This document shows positions 10,009 to 19,110 of a DNA stretch of 36,912 bases, piece after piece. The notes beneath the pieces were generated by a model that was given only the letters and a program-made list of their open reading frames with translations, was not told the DNA's origin and ran no database searches. The stretch is taken from NCBI GenBank assembly GCA_038845975.1, contig JAWBQF010000026.1:1-36912 (forward strand). The letters are read 5' to 3'. The stretch comes from Candidatus Methanomethylicia archaeon (GTDB lineage: Archaea; Thermoproteota; Methanomethylicia; CALHIW01). A program made the translations under genes and the position numbers. Position 1 is the first letter of the stretch, and each line of letters opens with the position of its first letter.

Positions 10009-11937
10009 ATGTATGGTTATTCAGGTAAAATAGTTAAAATAGACTTATTAAGAAGTGAAGTTAAGAAGTATGATTTACCGCTTGAATGGTGTAAAGATTA
10101 TATTGGGGGTTTAGGATTTAATACGAAGATACTATGGGATCTACTATCTCCAAACATAGATCCCTTAAGCCCAGAAAACATAATTGTATTTAGTCCAGGA
10201 GTATTTGTAGGTACTAGCATACCTACAGCCTCTAGATGTGAAGCCTCAGCAAAATCCCCAATTACTGAGCGTTTCGGTACTTCAAACTCAGGGCTTTTCT
10301 GGGGTTTTATGTTAAAAGCTTCAGGTATTGATATATTGATAGTTAGCGGTAAAGCTGAAAAGTTAAGCTATATCTCCATTATTGATGGAGACATTAAGAT
10401 TTGCAATGCAGATCATCTTAAAGGTCTTAACTGCTGGGATACTACTGACTTCTTAAGGCGGGATTATGGAGATGTTGAAGTTGCATCTATAGGTCCAGCT
10501 GGAGAAAATATGGTTAGATTTGCATCGATAGAGAATAACTATTATGATGCTTGGGGTAGATGTGGTTTAGGAGCTGTTTTAGGATCTAAAAACGTTAAGG
10601 CAATAATTGTAAGAGGAGATAATCCAATTAAGATAGCCAACATGAAAGAATACGAGGAAGCATGTATTGAAGCATATAGTAGAATTACATCATATCCTTT
10701 ATTCAATCTTTGGAGGACATATGGTACACTAGTAGCTAGTGATGCCTATAGCTCACAGGGAATACTTCCAGTAAAAAACTTTCAATATGGAACAATAGAG
10801 GGATGGGAGAACTGTTTAAGAGAGAATCTACATAAATATAAGAAGAAGGGAATATCATGCATTACCTGTCCAATTGCATGTGCACACTGGGTTACGGCTC
10901 CTGAAGGTAAATTTAAGGGTCTCACTCTTAAAGACCTGGAGGTTACATGGGTTTTTGAATTTGGAGCTAAACTAGGAATTACAAGTTTTGATAAGATAAT
11001 GAAATGTACAGAAATAGCCTCTAAGCTTGGATTAGATTGCTGCTCATCAGCATCTGTTATTGCATGGGCGTTTGAATGCTTTGAGAAAGGTATTCTAAGT
11101 GAAAATGATACTAAAGGCTTAAAGCTTAATTGGGGTGATGAAGAAGCTGTTTTAAAGCTACTTGAAGACATAGCGTATAGGAGAGGAATAGGTAATATGC
11201 TTGCAGAAGGTGTAAGAAAAGCATCACAAATACTTGGAAGAGGAAGTGAAAAATACGCACTTCATATAAAGGGTCTTGAAATACCGTTTAGAGATCCTAG
11301 AGGTAGATGGGGTGTTTGGTGTTTCGGATATCTAACAAATACTCGTGGAGGAGATCATTTAAGAGTAAGAGCACCAGTAGAGTTGTTTAAGCTTCCACAG
11401 CCTAAGGATGAGTACTGGCTTGAAGCATGCGGCGTAAAGAAGGAGGTTATAGATGAATTAGATATGCTTGAAGAGTTTAAAAGTAAGGTATTCATAAACA
11501 ACGGAGAGTATATACATATACCAACTATGACTATATGGTCTGAAAACTTAATAAGCATATATAATTCTGTTGGACTCTGTATAAGACCACCTGTTCTCGG
11601 AACTATAGGTCCAATCATGATTTCGAAGCTTTATAGAGCTACTACTGGAATTAATACCTTACCGGAGGAAATAATTACAGTAGCTGATAGAATAATTAAT
11701 ATGCAGAAGAAAATGAATATAGCGATGGGTGAAACAAGAAACGAGTATAGATATCCAGATAGATTCTACAATGAAGCCATACCTGACGGTCCTAATAAGG
11801 GTAAAAAGCTAAATAGGAAAGTAATAGATGAAATGGTATCTGAATACTTTAAACTTCGAGGATGGGATCCGGAGACAGGTAAGCCTAAAGAAGAGAAATT
11901 GAAAGAACTAAAAATAGAGCAATCCAAGTTTTATTAG
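10009..11937 (+). CDS. Aldehyde:ferredoxin oxidoreductase family (tungstopterin) enzyme
   Basis: MYGYSGKIVKIDL, KSPIT, IGPAGENMVRFASI, GRCGLGAVLGSKN, CITCPIAC, LAEG, RGGDHL and RGWD motifs. Confidence 0.93.
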   Translation: MYGYSGKIVKIDLLRSEVKKYDLPLEWCKDYIGGLGFNTKILWDLLSPNIDPLSPENIIVFSPGVFVGTSIPTASRCEASAKSPITERFGTSNSGLFWGFMLKASGIDILIVSGKAEKLSYISIIDGDIKICNADHLKGLNCWDTTDFLRRDYGDVEVASIGPAGENMVRFASIENNYYDAWGRCGLGAVLGSKNVKAIIVRGDNPIKIANMKEYEEACIEAYSRITSYPLFNLWRTYGTLVASDAYSSQGILPVKNFQYGTIEGWENCLRENLHKYKKKGISCITCPIACAHWVTAPEGKFKGLTLKDLEVTWVFEFGAKLGITSFDKIMKCTEIASKLGLDCCSSASVIAWAFECFEKGILSENDTKGLKLNWGDEEAVLKLLEDIAYRRGIGNMLAEGVRKASQILGRGSEKYALHIKGLEIPFRDPRGRWGVWCFGYLTNTRGGDHLRVRAPVELFKLPQPKDEYWLEACGVKKEVIDELDMLEEFKSKVFINNGEYIHIPTMTIWSENLISIYNSVGLCIRPPVLGTIGPIMISKLYRATTGINTLPEEIITVADRIINMQKKMNIAMGETRNEYRYPDRFYNEAIPDGPNKGKKLNRKVIDEMVSEYFKLRGWDPETGKPKEEKLKELKIEQSKFY

Positions 11938-12128
11938 TAGTAGAAGAGTGACTATGGCTTACAATAATGCTTAATTATCCTACTATAAATCTTCATAGTG
12001 TATATGGAGGATACACTATACTGATAGCATAATGAAATAGATAATAATCTCAGAGCTAAAGCTGACAGGATAGATTTATAACTACTATAAAGTTTATATT
12101 TAAGCTAGCATGATTAGCTAGATAATTA

Positions 12129-12872
12129 ATGAATCTTAAAGGTAAACTTATACTTGTAGCTGGGGGAGGATATTTCGGTTCTATTGCTGTTAAATCTTTA
12201 AAGAGCATGGAGGCTAAGATAATCGTTGTCGATGTTAATGAGAGCTGTAAGGCAAGTAAATATGTTGATAAAGTAATTAATACCTATACAATAGCTAATC
12301 CTAATGAAGGGGAGGCCTATCTAGTAGTTTATGATTGTGTTAAGTACCTTACTGAAATGGTTAGAAGCGATATTGTACCTGATATTATTGTTCCAGCTAT
12401 ACCGGGCCACTTCATAGGTAGATTTATTAAATCATATCTTGAAGCTGAAGGATTTAATATTGATCCCGATCCATCCTCGATGAATATGGTTTTAAAGAGT
12501 AATATATTGAATAATGTAGCTCTAGATATAAATGCTAAAGATAGTGTTATAGTTGCAAGCTACATGTTAAAGGGTTTAAAATGTAGAATTCCATGTATAC
12601 AGCCTGAAATATGTCCAGTAACGGATAGAATCAAGAAAATACCAATGTATCTCCTACTTGAACTTGCTATAGACAATATATCTTATCCAAGGATTTTTCA
12701 AAGCCATCTAATCAGTTCAGATATTGGAGGAATTCAAGGAGAATCTATCTCCATACTTCTGGATGAAATCATTAGCAGTAATAAGCTTAAAGTAGCTATT
12801 GGAACTGCATGTAAATGTCATGGAATAGTGAACTTCTTCAAAATATTAAAGCAAAATCAAGCTAAGCTTTAA
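12129..12872 (+). CDS. Rossmann-fold (NAD-binding) protein with Cys-rich C-terminal half, function unknown
   Basis: ILVAGGGYFG..IIVVD, followed by CRIPCIQPEICP and GTACKCHG. Confidence 0.75.
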   Translation: MNLKGKLILVAGGGYFGSIAVKSLKSMEAKIIVVDVNESCKASKYVDKVINTYTIANPNEGEAYLVVYDCVKYLTEMVRSDIVPDIIVPAIPGHFIGRFIKSYLEAEGFNIDPDPSSMNMVLKSNILNNVALDINAKDSVIVASYMLKGLKCRIPCIQPEICPVTDRIKKIPMYLLLELAIDNISYPRIFQSHLISSDIGGIQGESISILLDEIISSNKLKVAIGTACKCHGIVNFFKILKQNQAKL

Positions 12873-13153
12873 GCAATCTTTTAGGTAATAATTAACCTAA
12901 ATACTCTGGGTAGTGTATTCCTACATTCACAAGTATATCAATTTCTAATAGTAGATGCTTTCCAATTACAAGTACTGATTTAAATATCTTGAATGGTTTA
13001 GATCATTTAAGAGTTATAATGTTAAGCATTTTATTCCTTTCATTCACGTAGCTAATAACTGTTAAGTATAGGAGGTAAAGTATTTTCTAATCCTATTTTT
13101 AAGAAATTTAAAAATTAAATATGATTTCTATCCAATATATGTTGTGGACTATG

Positions 13154-13561
13154 TTAGAGATATTGTGTTATTCTTGGTTCTAGTAAATGTCTTGGTAATG
13201 CTCCAATAATTCTATCTATGAGTTTTCCATTTTTAAATATTAGTAGGGTAGGAATACTCATTATCTGAAAATATGTAGTAGCTACTTGATTTTCCTCTAC
13301 ATTCAGTTTTCCAAACAGTATCCTTCCAGCATAGTTCCTTGCCATATCATCTATTATTGGTGAAATTGCACGGCATGGAGCACACCATGGTGCCCAGCAA
13401 TCAATTACGACGAAGGGATTTCTTTGAATAATCTCCATAAAATTACTATCAGTTACTTCAACTGGCTTATCTATTACTTGCTTCTTCTCTTCAAAATCTT
13501 TCTTCATTAAGTTCTTCAGCATTCTATATTTTATCATTTCAAGTTCTTCATCCTCACCCAT
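13154..13561 (-). CDS. trxA: Thioredoxin
   Basis: WAPWCAPC active site and SIPTLLIFKNG. Confidence 0.93.
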   Translation of the reverse strand: MGEDEELEMIKYRMLKNLMKKDFEEKKQVIDKPVEVTDSNFMEIIQRNPFVVIDCWAPWCAPCRAISPIIDDMARNYAGRILFGKLNVEENQVATTYFQIMSIPTLLIFKNGKLIDRIIGALPRHLLEPRITQYL

Positions 13562-13919
13562 AGAACCCCAATCTTAACTACTCTACATCTTTATAAATTC
13601 ACTGTTTAATTATTGGTCTGACAGTTAGGAAGCTACAATATACTAAGTTACTACGTTCAATTATTGTACTTATTAAACTTGATTAATACCATCTAGTAAA
13701 TATTTAAATCATTGCTTCAAATAATTCTAGCAACATAATAGTATATGTGAATTCCTTATTTGAATATGTTTAATAAGCTATATCGATTTACTTGAAGACG
13801 TTAAGTAGTATTGGTGGTATTATTTTAATTGATAGCTAGATGGAAACATTAAATCTTTTGATTGGTAACGGTTATGAAGATGGTAATAGGCTTAATATTG
13901 TTTTTCATGATGATAAGTC

Positions 13920-15875
13920 TCAGCTAGATTTCCTAATTCTCTTTAGGAGATTTGCTGTTATTGGGTACTTACTTAAATCTCTATATGGTAGGAATGTTGA
14001 GTTTATGTATTCTATTTGGAATTCAGGGTCTGCTGCTAGTTCGAAGTATTTAATTTTGTTTTTCACTATATATTTAGCATATTCTCTCTCTTCCTTAGAG
14101 ATTAAGCACATTCTAGCTCCTGTACCTGCTGCATTTCCAATGAATTTAATTCTTTCAATAGGTATTTCAGGATACATTCCAATAGTTCTAGCGTTTTCAG
14201 GATCTATATAGTTTCCAAAAGCTCCAGCTACATATAGTATTTTAATATCGTTTTCAGTTATTCCTAGTCTCTTCATTATTAATGAGGCTCCAGTATGAAT
14301 TGCTGCTTTTGCCTTCTGAAGTTCCCTTACATCCTTCTGTGTTATAACTATATCTATATCTAGCTTTCCTCCTGTTTCCTCCTTGTATGCTACTACGTAT
14401 TCCCATCCATCCGGTCCCTCCCTGATACGTTTATTTATTTTAGAGTATTCAGGATTAAATCTTCCACTCATATCTATTATTCCGGATTTAAGCATTTCCG
14501 CTAATATATCTACAAGTCCTGATCCACATATACCTATTGGAGGCTCATCATCTATTGTTTTATATATTGGTTCTAGAGTCTCTATATCTATTGATATTCT
14601 CTCTATTGAGCCTGATGTAGCTCTCATACCGTGTTTTACCGTCATACCTTCAAAAGCAGGTCCTGAAGCACATGAATCATACCATACACCTATCTCCCTA
14701 TTTCCAATACCGATTTCCGTATTTGTCCCTATATCTATACACATCCCTATATCGTTAGAGTCTGGAAGCTTTGTTACTACCATGTTTGCAACATTATCTG
14801 CACCAACAAATCCACCTATAGTTGGTAGGTAGTGGAGATTAGCTCTACTATGTGTTCTAATACCCACTATTCTACTAGGTAGATCTATACTAGCTGATCT
14901 TGGAGGTGGATATGGTGAATATGCAACATATTGAGGCCATATTTTCAAGAGGAACATCATCATTGCAGTATTCCCTACAAATACTGTTTCATATATTTCC
15001 TCAGGCTTAACATTTGCTTTTTGGCAGCATTCATCTATTATTTCATTAATACCCTTAACAACAGCTTTTTGAAGATCGTTTAATCCATTCCATCCCTTAA
15101 GTAATACATGTGTTATCCTACTTATAATATCCTCTCCATATTGAATCTGCGGATTTATTCTTGCAGCTACTGAAACAACTTTTCCCGTATTTAGATCCAT
15201 TAGGAACCCTGCAAGCTTTGTACTTCCAATATCACATGCAAAACCGAAACATCTACTTGTAGTATCTCCAGGTTCTACAGCTATTACTTTATCCCCCCAT
15301 ATAGTAGCCGTAACTCTCCATTTTGATTCTCTAAGAATTATAGGTAGATCAGATAGTAACTCATAATGTATATCAATATTTTCAACTCCATACTTTTCAC
15401 GTAAGGAGTCTAGAAGCCTCTGATCATCTGGTCTAGGATCTCTAAGTGTTGGTGGAGACAATTCTACAAGGTATTTTTTAACTAATGGATTAGGCTTTAC
15501 CGATACTTCAAATCCTTCTATTTGAAGTCTCTGTCTTCCAACTCTACTCCTTTCAGGAATATAGATAATAGTTTCGCAAGGTGTTGTAACTGATGTTAAA
15601 CATGCAAGCCTATATTTTTCCCTAATTTCTTCATCAGTTAGAAATCTTATTTCAGTTTCTCTTAATGGATTTAGATAATCGTACCCCCTTAAGATTTTAA
15701 CCTTACATTTACCACATAGTCCTCTACCACCACATAGTGATGAAATATCAACTCCAAGTCTTTTAGCAGCTTCAAGTAGGTTTATACCCTTTCTGAAAAC
15801 ATTCCTTCTTCCATGGGGTTGAAATACAATTACAACTCTATCTTCAGCAATTTCTAATGACATTGAGTTATTCAA
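13920..15875 (-). CDS. ASKHA-domain reductive activator of corrinoid proteins (RACo/DUF4445), copy 1
   Basis: N-terminal 2Fe-2S motif CGGRGLCGKC..RLAC, then DIGST, GGFVGAD, DIGTNTE, GPAFEG, GICGSG and AGAFG. Confidence 0.92.
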   Translation of the reverse strand: MNNSMSLEIAEDRVVIVFQPHGRRNVFRKGINLLEAAKRLGVDISSLCGGRGLCGKCKVKILRGYDYLNPLRETEIRFLTDEEIREKYRLACLTSVTTPCETIIYIPERSRVGRQRLQIEGFEVSVKPNPLVKKYLVELSPPTLRDPRPDDQRLLDSLREKYGVENIDIHYELLSDLPIILRESKWRVTATIWGDKVIAVEPGDTTSRCFGFACDIGSTKLAGFLMDLNTGKVVSVAARINPQIQYGEDIISRITHVLLKGWNGLNDLQKAVVKGINEIIDECCQKANVKPEEIYETVFVGNTAMMMFLLKIWPQYVAYSPYPPPRSASIDLPSRIVGIRTHSRANLHYLPTIGGFVGADNVANMVVTKLPDSNDIGMCIDIGTNTEIGIGNREIGVWYDSCASGPAFEGMTVKHGMRATSGSIERISIDIETLEPIYKTIDDEPPIGICGSGLVDILAEMLKSGIIDMSGRFNPEYSKINKRIREGPDGWEYVVAYKEETGGKLDIDIVITQKDVRELQKAKAAIHTGASLIMKRLGITENDIKILYVAGAFGNYIDPENARTIGMYPEIPIERIKFIGNAAGTGARMCLISKEEREYAKYIVKNKIKYFELAADPEFQIEYINSTFLPYRDLSKYPITANLLKRIRKSS

Positions 15876-15998
15876 CCTCGATAGTTTCTCATAGCTAATT
15901 GAAGAATCCCTTGAATAAGTTTTTCGCTACAACCTCAAATATATTTCCCTATATGATTATTACCGAAAGATTTAAGTTCTTATATTTTTCAGGATTTT

Positions 15999-16565
15999 AT
16001 GCCAATTATGGATTTTAGCCAGATTGTAGATGAAAGCTTGGTTTATGTATTGAAGCTTATGACTGTTTCAGTAAAGACAGCTCCTAAAGCTAGAGGAATT
16101 GATAGGCTTCAAGCTATCATAGTTACAGGTGAGGAGAAAAACATTTTAGCGAATGAGATGGAAAAGCTTAAGGATGTAATGCCAGGGTTTGAGAGAGATG
16201 CTTTAAATGTTAGGAACTCTAACGCTGTTTTGCTAATAGGTTTTAAGGGTGGAAAGGGATATAATCTAAATTGTGGTGGATGTGGCTATAAGAACTGTAA
16301 GGATTTTGAAGAGAACGTTGTTAGGAAAACTGATTGGGCATTTACAGGGCCAAGCTGTATATATGACTTAATAAATTTAGGAATTGCTCTAGGCTCAGCT
16401 GTTAAAACAGCTTCAAATCTAAATGTTGATAATAGAATAATGTTTACAGTAGGTGTTGCAGCTAAAAGATTAAAGCTTATGGATGCTGACGTAATAATCG
16501 GAATACCAGTATCCTCATATGGTAAAAGCATATACTTCGATAGGATGTGGCCACCTAAAAAATAA
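15999..16565 (+). CDS. DUF2148 ferredoxin-domain protein
   Basis: KTAPKARGID, CGGCGYKNC, GPSC, LGIALGSA, VDNRIM and KSIYFDR motifs. Confidence 0.8.
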   Translation: MPIMDFSQIVDESLVYVLKLMTVSVKTAPKARGIDRLQAIIVTGEEKNILANEMEKLKDVMPGFERDALNVRNSNAVLLIGFKGGKGYNLNCGGCGYKNCKDFEENVVRKTDWAFTGPSCIYDLINLGIALGSAVKTASNLNVDNRIMFTVGVAAKRLKLMDADVIIGIPVSSYGKSIYFDRMWPPKK

Positions 16566-17196
16566 TCCTCTATTTCTAGGCGTTCTTCTGTCGAGAAATC
16601 CATTTATTGATAATGTTTTTATAACATCATTAGACTTCAACGTATATGTAAGGCTACTGTTTTGAAAGGTTTTCCACTTTCTTACGCATTTTGTTATGGA
16701 TTTAGTTAAAGCTTACCGTAGGAGGAAGGATCTTAAAGTTAAGAATGGATTCTATGTTAGCTTATTAGAGCTAATAGTTATCTTATCGTAGAGTTACTGA
16801 GATTTTGTTAACATTAAGATCTTTAATGAATTTAATTCATAGATATGATGATTGACTTGCTAAGTTAAATTAAGCCTAGAGAATTATATAGCTAAAGCCA
16901 ATAAGTAGGTGGATTTAGGGAAAGTAAGAGAACTGATGGAAACCAGAAAGAAGTATTGTTGTTGATGAATTTAGAAATTAGAAACAATAATTGGGAAAAT
17001 AGCAATTTAAGGAGATTCAAACTAATAGTTTACTTATGCTGTGAATATTACAATAGTTTAAATTCATAGGATTTAACTAATCAAATAATATAGTCTTAGA
17101 TATTCTGCGAAGCTTAAACAATATTCTAGAAGACAATAATAGGTATAGGGTTTAAACTTAAACTATACAATTAATATGTTGATATATTCAGTAATT

Positions 17197-17851
17197 GGCT
17201 TTGTTAACTTAATCATGTTTTGCCTCCATTTAGTATTGTTTTCTATGAATTCTAGCTTTATCTTCTTATTAATTCATGCTTGTTAGATGTACTACTGATT
17301 TCATAAGCTGGATACATGTTCACTATCACATTTATTCTTCAATGATATATAATCATCAAATATTTTAGCTCTATCCTAATATATTGTATTATTCTCTCCA
17401 TTAATTCTAGCCTCAAACTATTTCATGTTTTAAATTTACATTTACATTATGCTTATAATAATGAGCTTCATCACTTAATACAGCTATATTAGAACTGTAA
17501 TAGCACTAATTCTTTAATGTTAGGAATGTAGTATGCTGCAACATCACAAATCCACATATAGAATTCTCCTTACAATAACTCAAATATAACATAAATAACC
17601 TATTCTTCTACATTTATAATAGTATAATCAACCATAATTCTAACATTCCCCTATCAAACTCAAATAGATTAAGATAAACCACAATATAGATACTAACCTA
17701 AATAATAAAGGCTTAAATATCTGAAGTATCTAGATGAATGAAATACTAAGCAATAAATAAATAGAGTTTCCTCCTAACAAATCTAACAACTTTAACCATA
17801 CTAACATCATAAATAAGGAAGAATTCAAATAAAGCTAAAGTTAACAAAGCT
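17197..17851 (-). mobile_element. IS6-family relic (type A), both ends present
   Basis: GGCTTTGTTAACTT at 17197 and AAGTTAACAAAGCT ending at 17851, flanked by the direct repeat AGTAATT (17190-17196 and 17852-17858). Confidence 0.88.
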
Positions 17852-17883
17852 AGTAATTTAAGGGAAATGCTTAAATATTCTAT

Positions 17884-18201
17884 TTGATTAAACTAGTAAT
17901 GAATATGCAAAGTAAGGCTGGAGTTAAATGGATTATGTTTGTCTTTCTGATATTATATGTTCTTACCTTTATCTTTAGTTTTATAGTTGTATTACTATAT
18001 TCATTTTTAAGAGCATCACCAGTAGACTATACTTCATTTTTAAGATTTTCATCTATTTACTCCTTCATTTTTTCCATTGTATGCTTACTATTTTCTATCC
18101 TATATTTACGGAGAAATAAAAGTGTTGAGGATCTTATAAGAGAGGAAATAGCTAGAAGAATTGGGGATGCTGTTGAGCGTACTGACTTTGAAGGATATTA
18201 A
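17884..18201 (+). CDS. Small membrane protein (2 TM), hypothetical
   Basis: Two long hydrophobic segments and a charged tail; start codon uncertain. Confidence 0.55.
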   Translation: MIKLVMNMQSKAGVKWIMFVFLILYVLTFIFSFIVVLLYSFLRASPVDYTSFLRFSSIYSFIFSIVCLLFSILYLRRNKSVEDLIREEIARRIGDAVERTDFEGY

Positions 18202-18391
18202 GGAATTATGGCTTAGAAGAACTGAAGTATTTCTAATTACATATAATCTAAGAGGTAAGATGAGGGGTTCTAGAAGGTCTTTAGAGGATTCTTTAAGACT
18301 AGCATTCTTAGCTGTAGTAGCCTTTAACTACTATGTTGAGGAGATTTTATGGAATGTAGAAGAAAGAATTTTGAAATGGAGGAAGCTGTAG
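18161..18391 (+). CDS. Hypothetical small protein
   Basis: 76-aa ORF that overlaps both neighbours and has an amphipathic composition. Confidence 0.45.
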   Translation: MGMLLSVLTLKDIKELWLRRTEVFLITYNLRGKMRGSRRSLEDSLRLAFLAVVAFNYYVEEILWNVEERILKWRKL

Positions 18392-18972
18392 GGAAGCTTC
18401 TACTTTCTATTAGGTGGAAGTTAAGCGAGTTATCTAGGGAGCCTGATGAAACTACACGGTTTCTTAAACTTTCAGCTTTAATAAATACCTTTCTTGAATC
18501 TCAGAGTCTAGGTAGGATAGTTGTTACTGGAGGGTTTGCCGTTGAAGTATATACAGGTAGAACTTATAGAACAATGGATGTAGATGTTATAGCTGAAGGA
18601 TTATCGGAGGAAATACTTAGAAGAGTTCTTGAAAATATTGGGAGAAGAATTGGAAGAGGATATCTTATTAATTACGGTGATTTCATGTTGAAATCAATAG
18701 ATATAGTAGCAACCACTTATACACGCAGGAAGAAGCCTGTTAAGCTTATTGTTGATGGAGATTACATATATTTAGATACTCCTGAGGATCTTATAGTTGT
18801 TTATCTTGCTGGATGGAAGTTTTGGAATGCTACTGAGGATAGAGATAAAGCTCTAGCTCTAGTTAAAGTCTTTCAGAATAGGCTTGATGAAGAATACTTA
18901 AATAGAAGAGCTGTAGAAGAAAACGTAATGGATAAGTTAAGAGAGCTTATGGAATTGATTAAGTCTTTATAA
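18376..18972 (+). CDS. Nucleotidyltransferase-fold protein
   Basis: VVTGGFAVEVY..RTMDVDVI (GG..DxD) and TPEDLIV motifs. ATG 18376 is the likely start; 18349 is possible. Confidence 0.75.
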   Translation: MEEAVGKLLLSIRWKLSELSREPDETTRFLKLSALINTFLESQSLGRIVVTGGFAVEVYTGRTYRTMDVDVIAEGLSEEILRRVLENIGRRIGRGYLINYGDFMLKSIDIVATTYTRRKKPVKLIVDGDYIYLDTPEDLIVVYLAGWKFWNATEDRDKALALVKVFQNRLDEEYLNRRAVEENVMDKLRELMELIKSL

Positions 18973-19110
18973 TTCTATAGCTATAGAATCAGCATGCTTC
19001 ATATTTAAGCTTGTTAGATTCATAATAATTAGGAAATGTTATCATTATTTATTTCATGAGCTGGATTAAAGGATAATTAATAACCATGTAAACATTATAG
19101 ATAAATTTAA

